NCBI GenBank assembly: GCA_037441285.1
Contig: JBBISL010000024.1
Location: 9,972 to 23,933, forward strand
Direction: 5' to 3'
Source of the DNA: a candidate division WOR-3 bacterium
Lineage (GTDB): Bacteria > Hydrothermota > Tepidihabitantia > Tepidihabitantales > Tepidihabitantaceae
DNA: 13,962 nucleotides
The notes under the pieces were generated by a model. The model saw only the letters and a list, made by a program, of their open reading frames with translations, had not been told where the DNA came from and made no database searches. The position numbers and the translations under genes are program-made. Shown piece after piece: positions 4,920 through 12,773 of the stretch (within the stretch, counting starts at the first letter, position 1; each line of letters opens with the position of its first letter).

Positions 4920-7853
4920 ATGGAGGAGATTCGGGGACATTTCACTTCAGACCCATATCTTGACAAACTTATCGAAGAACTGCGCCGCCGGGGTCGGGTA
5001 ACAGTTGCTACACCACCGCCCTCGGTACAGGTGCTTTTTGCCGGTGTGGTGGCAGACCGGTTGCAACTGCCGGTGGTGCTCGTCGCCACGGACGAGGCGG
5101 CGGCTAACACCGCATATCAGGATGCTCGGGCTCTTTATCCTGATACCGAGGCGGTGCTTTTTAATCCCGGTTCACTGGCATCGGTTGAGAAAATAAAAAG
5201 GATAAAGAAGCAGCCGGCGCTCATTGTTGCTACCGCTGAGGAACTGGCAGCGCCGGCGCCCGAATGGTCACTTGAAGGCGGGATGGTGAAACTAAGGTTG
5301 GGTGGTTTTGCGCTTGAGGTTCTGGTGCAATGGCTGGAGCAGGCGGGTTATGAGCGGGTTGACATTGTGACCGAACCGGGCGAATATGCGGTGCGAGGTG
5401 GGATTGTTGATGTGTATGCGGAGAACCAGGAGTTACCACTCCGGGTGGAGTTTGCCGACGATGCGATTATCTCGCTGCGGGCGTTTGAGCCGCTTTCCCA
5501 GCGGTCGCGGCAGACGCTAAAGCAGGCGGTGTTGTTTACCCGACAGCCGCCCGGGTTCGGAATGAAACCGGCAGTTTCATTGTTACCGGAAGAGGTTGTG
5601 GTTATCGGGGGCGGTAACGAGGCGTTCGGGAAGTGGGTGATTGAGTTTGTTGAGAGCGGCGCGCCTGAGGACCTCGGGTATCAGCCGGCACCAAACTATC
5701 TCGGTAATTTGAAGTTGCTGCAGGAGGAGATTGCGCAAACCGATGAGGAGTACTTTATCGTAGCGGTTTCCGAGCATCACCGGCGGCGTCTGACAACCCT
5801 GCTCGGCGATAAACCGAACTATCTGGTAGGCGGATTGAGCTGCGGGTTTGTCAATACGAGGCAGGGCTGGGTGGTTCTAACCGAGCGGGAGATTTACGGC
5901 GCACCCGTGGGCCGGCTGGTGCGGCGCCGATTTAAGGGGGTGCCGGTTGACAATCTTTTGACACTGCGGCCTGGTGATTATGTGGTTCATATTGATTACG
6001 GAGTGGGAATTTTCACCGGCACGAAGCGTTTGGCACAGGGCGGAGTGGAGAAGGATTACTTGGTGATTGAGTATGAGGGTAAGGACCGGGTTTATGTACC
6101 GGTGGAGAATCTCGGGCTGATCGACCGTTACATCGGCGCCGGGGATGAGGCGCCGAAACTGGACCGGTTGGGCGGTCGTTCCTGGCTTTTAGCCAAGGCA
6201 AAGGCGGCGCGGGCAAGTGCGGCGTACGCGGAGGAGTTGCTGGAGACTTATGCCCGGCGCGCGACTGCCCGCACCACGCCGCTCCTTGCTGATTCACCCT
6301 GGCTGGCAGAATTGGAGGCGTCGTTTCCTTATGAAGAGACTCCGGACCAGTTGAAGGCGCTGGCTGAGGTTCGGGAAGACCTTACCCGCACCAGACCGAT
6401 GGACCGATTGGTGTGCGGTGATGTTGGTTTTGGCAAGACCGAAATCGCCTTGCGGGCGGCATTCCAGACCGTGGTCAACTTCAAACAGGTGGCGCTACTC
6501 GCACCAACCACGGTGCTCTGCTATCAACATTACCAGACTTTCCGGCGCCGGCTCGAGCGGTTTCCGGTACGGGTTGAGATGCTGTCAAGATTTGTTGCGC
6601 CCGCGCAGCAGGCGGCAATCCGGCGTGGTTTGCAGGATGGTACGGTGGACATTGTCATCGGCACCCACCTTTTGCTCAATCCCAGGATTCAATTCCGTGA
6701 CCTTGGGCTTTTGATTATCGACGAAGAACAACGGTTCGGGGTGCGCCAGAAAGAGCGGTTGCGCCGGTTACGGTCCGAGGTAAATGTCCTGGTTCTTTCC
6801 GCGACACCGATTCCCCGCACCCTGTATATGGCGCTTGCCGGGATTCGGGACATTTCGGCAATTCATACACCGCCTCCGGGCCGGAAAGAGGTGTTGACCG
6901 AAGTGACGGAGTGGGACGATGGGTTGATAAGAAGTTATGTATACCGGGAGTTAAACCGGGGTGGGCAGGTGTTTTTTGTCCACAATGAGATTATGAGTCT
7001 GGGGGCGCTGGAAAAACGGCTGCGCCAGATTTTGCCCGATGTCGAGATGGTGGTTGCCCATGGTCGGCTTTCCAGCCGGCAACTGGCAGAGATTTACCTT
7101 GACTTTGCCAGCGGGAAGTATCAGATGCTCCTTTCGACCGCGATTATTGAATCGGGGTTGGACTTACCCAATGTCAATACCATTATTGTCAACCGGGCCG
7201 AGCGGTTTGGACTTGCCGATTTGCACCAGTTGCGGGGTCGGGTAGGAAGGGCGGATATTCAGGCGTATGCGCTGTTTTTAGTCTCCCGGCGCGAACGGGT
7301 AACCGCGGACGCCCGCAAGCGGCTTTCGGCGCTTTTAGCCTACTCCCGGTTGGGTGCTGGTTACCGGCTGGCGCTGCGGGATATGGAGATTCGGGGGGTG
7401 GGCAACCTTTTAGGAACCGAGCAGCATGGTCACATTGCCCGGGTCGGTTTCAATCTTTACACCCGGTTACTCAAGGAGGCGATTGCCAAATTGCGGGGTG
7501 GGCATGAGCCGGTGGAACCGAAACTGGACCTGGACCGTACGGTTTTCATTCCGCCCGAGTACATCCCGGACCCATTGGGCAGGATTGCGATTTACAAAAG
7601 GTTGTTAGGGGTTGAAGAGGAGGAGGAACTGAATGAGCTGAAGGCGGAGTTGATTGACCGGTTTGGCAGATATCCACCGGTGGTTGAGGAGCTGTTCACC
7701 GTTGCCCGCATCCGGCTATTGTGCCGAAAGCGCGGGGTCCTGGAAGTGAAGTTGAAGGGCGAAAAGGCGACGGTCATCACTGCGGAGAAGACCTTTACCG
7801 TTGAGGGTGGTGAACCGGGGTTACTTGAGTTCCTCACTCAGCCGGCGGTCTAA
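4920..7853 (+). CDS. mfd: Transcription-repair coupling factor
   Basis: UvrB-homology motif GYERVDIVTEPGEYAVRGGIVDVY, RID motif GDYVVHIDYGVG, Walker A GDVGFGKT, DEEQRFGV, SATPIPRT, QLRGRVGR and TRG motif DMEIRGVGNLLGTEQHG. Start is uncertain: ATG 4920 (after the hairpin) or ATG 4902 (inside it). Confidence 0.96.
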   Translation: MEEIRGHFTSDPYLDKLIEELRRRGRVTVATPPPSVQVLFAGVVADRLQLPVVLVATDEAAANTAYQDARALYPDTEAVLFNPGSLASVEKIKRIKKQPALIVATAEELAAPAPEWSLEGGMVKLRLGGFALEVLVQWLEQAGYERVDIVTEPGEYAVRGGIVDVYAENQELPLRVEFADDAIISLRAFEPLSQRSRQTLKQAVLFTRQPPGFGMKPAVSLLPEEVVVIGGGNEAFGKWVIEFVESGAPEDLGYQPAPNYLGNLKLLQEEIAQTDEEYFIVAVSEHHRRRLTTLLGDKPNYLVGGLSCGFVNTRQGWVVLTEREIYGAPVGRLVRRRFKGVPVDNLLTLRPGDYVVHIDYGVGIFTGTKRLAQGGVEKDYLVIEYEGKDRVYVPVENLGLIDRYIGAGDEAPKLDRLGGRSWLLAKAKAARASAAYAEELLETYARRATARTTPLLADSPWLAELEASFPYEETPDQLKALAEVREDLTRTRPMDRLVCGDVGFGKTEIALRAAFQTVVNFKQVALLAPTTVLCYQHYQTFRRRLERFPVRVEMLSRFVAPAQQAAIRRGLQDGTVDIVIGTHLLLNPRIQFRDLGLLIIDEEQRFGVRQKERLRRLRSEVNVLVLSATPIPRTLYMALAGIRDISAIHTPPPGRKEVLTEVTEWDDGLIRSYVYRELNRGGQVFFVHNEIMSLGALEKRLRQILPDVEMVVAHGRLSSRQLAEIYLDFASGKYQMLLSTAIIESGLDLPNVNTIIVNRAERFGLADLHQLRGRVGRADIQAYALFLVSRRERVTADARKRLSALLAYSRLGAGYRLALRDMEIRGVGNLLGTEQHGHIARVGFNLYTRLLKEAIAKLRGGHEPVEPKLDLDRTVFIPPEYIPDPLGRIAIYKRLLGVEEEEELNELKAELIDRFGRYPPVVEELFTVARIRLLCRKRGVLEVKLKGEKATVITAEKTFTVEGGEPGLLEFLTQPAV

Positions 7854-8267
7854 ACCGGTGATTTCGATGCGGCGGCGCTGGTCAAGAATGGAGAGTTTTA
7901 CCCGGATGGTGGTTCGGGGTAGTAGTTTTTCGGCGCGTTCGGCCCATTCAATTAAACAGTCACCCTCACCGCTGAGATAGGAGTCAAAACCGGTTTCAAC
8001 AAGTTCATCGGTTGAGCGGATGCGATAGAGGTCGATGTGGTACACCGGCACGCGGCCCTGATATTCGGTGATGATAACAAACGATGGGCTCTTGACAATA
8101 TCTTTGACGCCGAGTCCCCGGGCAAAACCTTTAATCATCGTTGTTTTGCCGGCGCCGAGGTCGCCGTAAAACGCCACCACGGCACCGGGTTTTAAAAACC
8201 AGGCGAGGCGTTCACCCAGGGCGATAGTGGCGGCGGCATCGGTGGTCTCATATACAACCGGTTTCAC
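7821..8267 (-). CDS. tsaE: tRNA threonylcarbamoyladenosine biosynthesis ATPase TsaE (YjeE)
   Basis: 148 aa with GDLGAGKTT, SPSF, HIDLYR and IEWAE motifs. GTG start. Confidence 0.96.
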   Translation of the reverse strand: MKPVVYETTDAAATIALGERLAWFLKPGAVVAFYGDLGAGKTTMIKGFARGLGVKDIVKSPSFVIITEYQGRVPVYHIDLYRIRSTDELVETGFDSYLSGEGDCLIEWAERAEKLLPRTTIRVKLSILDQRRRIEITGLDRRLSEELK

Positions 8268-8275
8268 CGGATAAT

Positions 8276-8303
8276 GTTATATCTTATTTTCCAGCACTGT
8301 CAA
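8276..8303 (-). promoter_or_regulatory. Sigma70-type promoter of tsaE (TTGACA-N16-TATAAC), likely leaderless or near-leaderless
   Basis: Minus strand reads TTGACA (8303-8298) GTGCTGGAAAATAAGA TATAAC (8281-8276) ATTATCCG GTG. No SD is present. Confidence 0.65.
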
Positions 8304-8546
8304 AGGTATTTTGGGGAGGTTCCCCTTAATTTAGAGCCCGAAGTTGGGAAAGATTAACGCTGAAAATATAAATGCGCCACCTAACAGACGAGTTTGAAGA
8401 CAGTTAGAGAATTCTGAGAAACACAACATGGGTCAACTAAGGGTCCGTTACGGGGATGGTATCGGTAGCGATGTCCGTTTCTATCCGGCCAGGTGAATTA
8501 TCCGGTCTTTGGAACCGATTTTTCGGGTTAACGGTTTACTTTTTTC

Positions 8547-9743
8547 CTAAACCAGTTCGAGACTCAGCGCCACCGCTTCACCGCCGCCGAGACAGATTGC
8601 CGCTAACCCCTTTTTCAGTCCCCGGTCTTTCAGGGCATAAATCAGGGTCACAAGGATACGCGCGCCCGAGCAGCCAATCGGATGGCCAAGGGCAATGGCA
8701 CCGCCATTGACATTGACCCGGGATTCGTCCCAGCCCAGCTCTTTGCCGTCGGCGAGAACCTGGGCGGCGAAGGCTTCGTTGACCTCAATCAGGTCAAAGT
8801 AGTTGATGTCAACACCCTGAACTTTGAGTAAAGTTTTGACCGCCTTAATCGGTGCGTAGAAGAGCATCTTCGGCTCGACACTGCCGGTGGCATAGGCGAC
8901 GATGCGGGCGAGCGGCTTGATGCCCCGTTCTTTAATGAAGTCTTCGCGGGCGATAGCAAGGGCGGCAGCACCGTCGTTGATTGAGGAGGCGTTGCCCGCA
9001 GTCACTGTACCGTCTTTGCTGAAGGCGGGTTTGAGGGTGGCAAGTTTTTCAAGGGTGGTGTCGGCGCGGGGACCTTCGTCGGTGTCAAAAACGATTGGTT
9101 CGCCTTTTTTCTGGGGGATTGGGACCGGGACAATCTCGGCTTTGAATTTGCCTTCTTTGATTGCCCGGACCGCATTCTGGTGACTGCGATAAGCCCAGCG
9201 GTCCTGTTCTTCGCGGCTGATGTTGGAGTTCCGGGCGGTGAAGTCACCAAGCGCGCCCATATGGACATCACCGAAGTAGTCCCAGATGCCGTCGTAAATC
9301 ATTCCGTCCTGAAGCTGGGCGTCGCCCATTTTCTGGCCGCCGCGCAATGTTTTCAGGTAATAGGGCACATTGGACATTGACTCCTGGCCACCGGCAATTA
9401 CCAGCCGGGCGTCGCCGGCTTTGATTTGCTGGCAGGCAAGGGCAACGGCAATCATTCCGGAGCCGCACACCTTGTTAACGGTGAGGGCGGGCACTTCAAC
9501 CGGCAAGCCCGATTTGACCGCAGCCTGGCGGGCTGGTGCCTGGCCAATACCAGCCGGGCAGACATTACCCATTATCACGCCGTTCACATCCTCGGGTTTG
9601 ATGCCGGCGCGTTCGACCGCGCCTTTGATGGCGACCGCGCCCAGTTCCGGGGCGCGCAGCGGCGCCAAACCACCCAGAAATCTGCCAATGGCGGTGCGCG
9701 CAGCACCGATGATAAAGGTGTCTTTTGCTTTACCAATTGTCAT
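8547..9743 (-). CDS. atoB: Acetyl-CoA C-acetyltransferase (thiolase, AtoB/ThlA type)
   Basis: NKVCGSG (catalytic Cys), [12 protein letters not shown] and CLGGG motifs. 398 aa, with SD AAGGAG upstream overlapping the end of crt. Confidence 0.93.
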   Translation of the reverse strand: MTIGKAKDTFIIGAARTAIGRFLGGLAPLRAPELGAVAIKGAVERAGIKPEDVNGVIMGNVCPAGIGQAPARQAAVKSGLPVEVPALTVNKVCGSGMIAVALACQQIKAGDARLVIAGGQESMSNVPYYLKTLRGGQKMGDAQLQDGMIYDGIWDYFGDVHMGALGDFTARNSNISREEQDRWAYRSHQNAVRAIKEGKFKAEIVPVPIPQKKGEPIVFDTDEGPRADTTLEKLATLKPAFSKDGTVTAGNASSINDGAAALAIAREDFIKERGIKPLARIVAYATGSVEPKMLFYAPIKAVKTLLKVQGVDINYFDLIEVNEAFAAQVLADGKELGWDESRVNVNGGAIALGHPIGCSGARILVTLIYALKDRGLKKGLAAICLGGGEAVALSLELV

Positions 9744-9746
9744 CTT

Positions 9747-10529
9747 TTACTCCTTTCCTTTTTGCCAGTTCGGTTTTCTTTTTTCAAGAAATGCCCGGGT
9801 GCCTTCGGCCGGTTCACCCGAAGCAAAACAGAGCCCAAACGCCTCAATCTCGTAGGCGCAACCGGTGTTGAGGTCGGTGTCCAGGCCATGGTTGATACAC
9901 TGCTTGGCAAGGCGCACGGCACTCGGACCTTTTTCCGCAATCTTTTTCGTCAGGGTTTCGACAAAGGGGATGAGTTCCTCGGGTTTGACCACTTTGTTGA
10001 CGAGGCCGATGCGCAGTGCCTCCGGGGCGTCAAGGGCGTCACCGGTAAAGATTAACTCCTTGGCGCTGCCCGGTCCAACAAGGCGGGCAAGACGCTGGGT
10101 GCCACCAAATCCGGGCAAGAGCCCGAGGTTGACCTCCGGCTGTCCGATTTTTGCCCCTTCGGCAATGATGCGGAGGTCACAGGCGAGCGCCAGTTCGCAA
10201 CCGCCGCCCAGGGCAAAGCCGTTGATTGCGGCGACCACCACCTTTTCAATCTGGGCGATTTTGTTTAATGCCCGATGGCCATTGCGGGCAAACTCACGCG
10301 CCTGAAAAGGCGTGAACTTTGACATCTCGGCGATGTCGGCACCGGCGATGAATGCCTTGCCTTCACCGGTGAGGACAACAACCCTAATCTCTTCCCGGTT
10401 TGTGAGGTGGTCAAAAAGTTTTTCAATCTCAAGGATAAATTCGGTGTTCAGGGCGTTTACCGGTGGCCGGTTGAACCGAACCCAGTAGACGCTTTCTTTT
10501 TCCTGACATAAGAGATACTTGAAATCCAA
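9747..10529 (-). CDS. crt: Enoyl-CoA hydratase / crotonase (3-hydroxybutyryl-CoA dehydratase type)
   Basis: AFIAGADI, GFALGGGCEL and QPEVNLGLLPGFGGTQRL, with both catalytic Glu present. TTG start with AAGGAGG SD (10540-10534). 3 nt gap to the thiolase. Confidence 0.9.
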   Translation of the reverse strand: MDFKYLLCQEKESVYWVRFNRPPVNALNTEFILEIEKLFDHLTNREEIRVVVLTGEGKAFIAGADIAEMSKFTPFQAREFARNGHRALNKIAQIEKVVVAAINGFALGGGCELALACDLRIIAEGAKIGQPEVNLGLLPGFGGTQRLARLVGPGSAKELIFTGDALDAPEALRIGLVNKVVKPEELIPFVETLTKKIAEKGPSAVRLAKQCINHGLDTDLNTGCAYEIEAFGLCFASGEPAEGTRAFLEKRKPNWQKGKE

Positions 10530-10549
10530 TCTGCCTCCTTTTTTATTTC

Positions 10550-10577
10550 AATATACTCATCTCTGGTTTGTGGTCAA
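10550..10577 (-). promoter_or_regulatory. Sigma70-type promoter of crt-thiolase (TTGACC-N16-TATATT)
   Basis: Minus-strand TTGACC at 10577-10572 and TATATT at 10555-10550, followed by SD and TTG start. Confidence 0.65.
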
Positions 10578-10584
10578 GAGACAA

Positions 10585-10612
10585 TTGACCCCGATATTAG
10601 GGTTAATATAAT
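10585..10612 (+). promoter_or_regulatory. Sigma70-type promoter of hypD (TTGACC-N16-TATAAT), likely leaderless
   Basis: TTGACC at 10585-10590, perfect TATAAT at 10607-10612, ATG 6 nt later at 10619, no SD. Confidence 0.72.
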
Positions 10613-10618
10613 CGGAAT

Positions 10619-11698
10619 ATGAAACGAGGACAGCCGGAGCCGGTGCTTTTGCAGGAGATAAACCGGCAGGTGGCGGAGTTGTGCCGCAATCGGGATGGGT
10701 TGAGGTTGATGGAGGTTTGCGGTACCCATACGATGGCAATTTCCAGTTCGGGAATCAGGCGGGCGGTTGACCCAAGACTGAAACTTGTTTCCGGTCCGGG
10801 ATGTCCGGTGTGTGTAACCGCAGAGCAGGACATTGACCGGGCGATTAACTTTGCCCTTTTGCCCGATGTGGTGGTGGTTACTTTTGGCGATATGATGCGC
10901 GTGCCCGGCACCAACGGCTCATTAGCCGATGCCAAGTCAAGGGGTGCGGATGTGCGGGTTGTGTATTCACCGCTCGATGGGTTGCGAATGGCGGTGCAGG
11001 AGCCCAAACGGGAGTTTGTTTTTTTAGGGGTTGGGTTTGAGACGACCGCACCCACGGTGGCAGCGACGGTGCTCGAGGCGGCGAAATTGAAGATTAAGAA
11101 CTTTTCGGTTCTGCCGCTGTTTAAGTTGATACCACCGGCGCTAAAGTTTATCGCCTCCCGTCCCCAGGTCGGAGTTGATGGGTTGATTTTACCCGGTCAT
11201 GTGTCAACGGTAATCGGGTCGCACCCCTATCGGTTTTTAGTTGACCGTTATCGGATGCCCTGCTGTATCACCGGGTTTGAGCCGCGCGATATACTTGAGG
11301 GGATTTTCTTGCTCTTACAGCAGATTGTCAGGGGACCGGAACTGACGATTCAGTACCGGCGCAGTGTTCGTCCGGAAGGTAACCCTCAGGCGCAGGCGAT
11401 GTTGAGAACGGTTTTTAAGCCGGTTGATGCCGATTGGCGGGGTATTGGTAAAATTACCCTTTCCGGTCTGGGGTTTAAGCGGCGGTTTGCCCGTTTTGAC
11501 GCCGGAGAACTTTTTGGGGTGATTGCGAGCCAAAAAAGGAAGAAAACCGCCTGTTCCTGTGGTGAGGTGATGTTAGGGTTGAAGATACCGCCGGAGTGCC
11601 GGCTTTTTGCGCGGGTGTGTACACCGGAAAGTCCGGTTGGTCCGTGTATGGTTTCTTCGGAGGGTGCCTGCGCCGCATACTATCGTTATGAAAGATAA
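10619..11698 (+). CDS. hypD: [NiFe]-hydrogenase maturation protein HypD
   Basis: MEVCGTHT, GPGCPVCVT, GFETTAP, PGHVS and the C-terminal Fe-S region CSCG...C...C.PESPVGPCMVSSEGACAAYY. Confidence 0.97.
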   Translation: MKRGQPEPVLLQEINRQVAELCRNRDGLRLMEVCGTHTMAISSSGIRRAVDPRLKLVSGPGCPVCVTAEQDIDRAINFALLPDVVVVTFGDMMRVPGTNGSLADAKSRGADVRVVYSPLDGLRMAVQEPKREFVFLGVGFETTAPTVAATVLEAAKLKIKNFSVLPLFKLIPPALKFIASRPQVGVDGLILPGHVSTVIGSHPYRFLVDRYRMPCCITGFEPRDILEGIFLLLQQIVRGPELTIQYRRSVRPEGNPQAQAMLRTVFKPVDADWRGIGKITLSGLGFKRRFARFDAGELFGVIASQKRKKTACSCGEVMLGLKIPPECRLFARVCTPESPVGPCMVSSEGACAAYYRYER

Positions 11699-12752
11699 GA
11701 AAACCTTAGAAAGTAAAGGTTTGCCACCGGCGTTTAAGTTACCACCCGGCGCAGAGCGGATTGGACTCGGGCACGGCGCCGGGGGCAGGAAGATGCATCG
11801 GCTGATTGAAGAGATGTTTCTGCGCTATTTTGGCAATCCTGCGCTCAACCGGCTGGAGGACAGTGCGGTGGTGAAATTGCCAGAAGGGGAGTTGTGTTTT
11901 ACCACCGACTCTTATGTTGTCAAGCCGATGTTTTTCCCGGGTGGTGACATCGGAAAACTGGCGGTTTGCGGCACGGTAAATGACCTGGCGGTGGTGGGCG
12001 CAAAGCCGCTGTATCTGGCGGTGAGTTTTGTCCTGCGCGAGGGGTTAACACTCAAAACGCTGGAGCGGGTTTGCCGGTCAATGGCGGCGACGGCAAAAAG
12101 TGCCGGGGTGATGGTCGTTACCGGCGACACCAAGGTGATTGAAGGTGCGAGTGCGGATGAGGAGATGTTCATTACGACGAGCGGCATCGGGGTGCGGCAC
12201 AAAGGGCTGCGGTTGGGTGGTGAGTTTGTGCAGAGTGGCGACCGTCTGGTCTTGAGCGGCGCTCTGGGTGAGCACGAGGCAGCGGTAGCGATTGGCCGCG
12301 GTGGTTATCACTTTCGGGCAAAACTGGTGAGCGACTGTGCGCCCCTGAATCGGATGATTCATGCTGTGCTCAAGAGCGGGGGGGTTAAACTGATGCGCGA
12401 CCCAACAAGGGGCGGTCTGGCAACAACTTTGAATGAGTTTGCCCGGAAGACGGCATTCGGATTTCTGATTGAGGAAGAGCTGGTGCCGGTAAAACGGGCG
12501 GTGAAAGGGGTGGCGGATTTGTTAGGTCTTGACCCGCTCTATATGGCAAATGAAGGCAGGGTGGTACTGGTGGTGGCAAAGGACCGGGCGGACGAAGTGG
12601 TAAAAATACTGCGCCACTTTCCCGCCGGAAAAGGGGCACGGGTGATTGGTCAGGTGGTAAAAGAACCCCGCGGTGTCTGGGTGAAAACAAAGTTAGGGGC
12701 GTTGCGGCGGGTTTTGATGCTCGAGGGTGAGCAGTTACCAAGAATCTGCTGA
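11688..12752 (+). CDS. hypE: [NiFe]-hydrogenase maturation carbamoyl dehydratase HypE
   Basis: HGAGG, TTDSYVVKPMFFPGGDIGKLAVCGTVNDLA, GDTKV, MRDPTRGG, ANEG and the terminal PRIC. Start moved from 11607 to ATG 11688, which overlaps the hypD end by 11 nt. Confidence 0.97.
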   Translation: MKDKKTLESKGLPPAFKLPPGAERIGLGHGAGGRKMHRLIEEMFLRYFGNPALNRLEDSAVVKLPEGELCFTTDSYVVKPMFFPGGDIGKLAVCGTVNDLAVVGAKPLYLAVSFVLREGLTLKTLERVCRSMAATAKSAGVMVVTGDTKVIEGASADEEMFITTSGIGVRHKGLRLGGEFVQSGDRLVLSGALGEHEAAVAIGRGGYHFRAKLVSDCAPLNRMIHAVLKSGGVKLMRDPTRGGLATTLNEFARKTAFGFLIEEELVPVKRAVKGVADLLGLDPLYMANEGRVVLVVAKDRADEVVKILRHFPAGKGARVIGQVVKEPRGVWVKTKLGALRRVLMLEGEQLPRIC

Positions 12753-12773
12753 AAGGTTTTTGCCGTCAAAGAT

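Noticed and set aside
4960..4965. TTGACA inside the start of mfd
   Set aside because: No -10-like hexamer at 16-18 nt, and it lies within coding sequence.
4772..5110. Minus-strand 112-aa and 62-aa ORFs (FFAVFLTVFFAVF...)
   Set aside because: These are the antisense shadow of the KKTA repeat and of mfd. The promoter, SD and hairpin all support the plus-strand micro-ORF.
8505..8546. Terminator downstream of the thiolase
   Set aside because: Only a weak, bulged stem (AACCGA-TTTT-TCGGGTT) with no U-tract on the minus strand.
8456..10305. Plus-strand ORFs of 84-209 aa opposite thiolase/crt
   Set aside because: Antisense shadows of well-conserved genes with no recognisable motifs. The same applies to the other short ORFs nested in the main genes.
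10568..10584. TTGTGGTCAAGAGACAA as a Rex operator
   Set aside because: It is one base shorter than the 18-bp TTGTGAA-N4-TTCACAA consensus and the inner positions mismatch. It is adequately explained by the -35 box.
11607..11687. N-terminal 27 codons of the 381-aa HypE ORF
   Set aside because: They overlap the conserved Cys-rich end of hypD. ATG 11688 gives a normal HypE with a short overlap.
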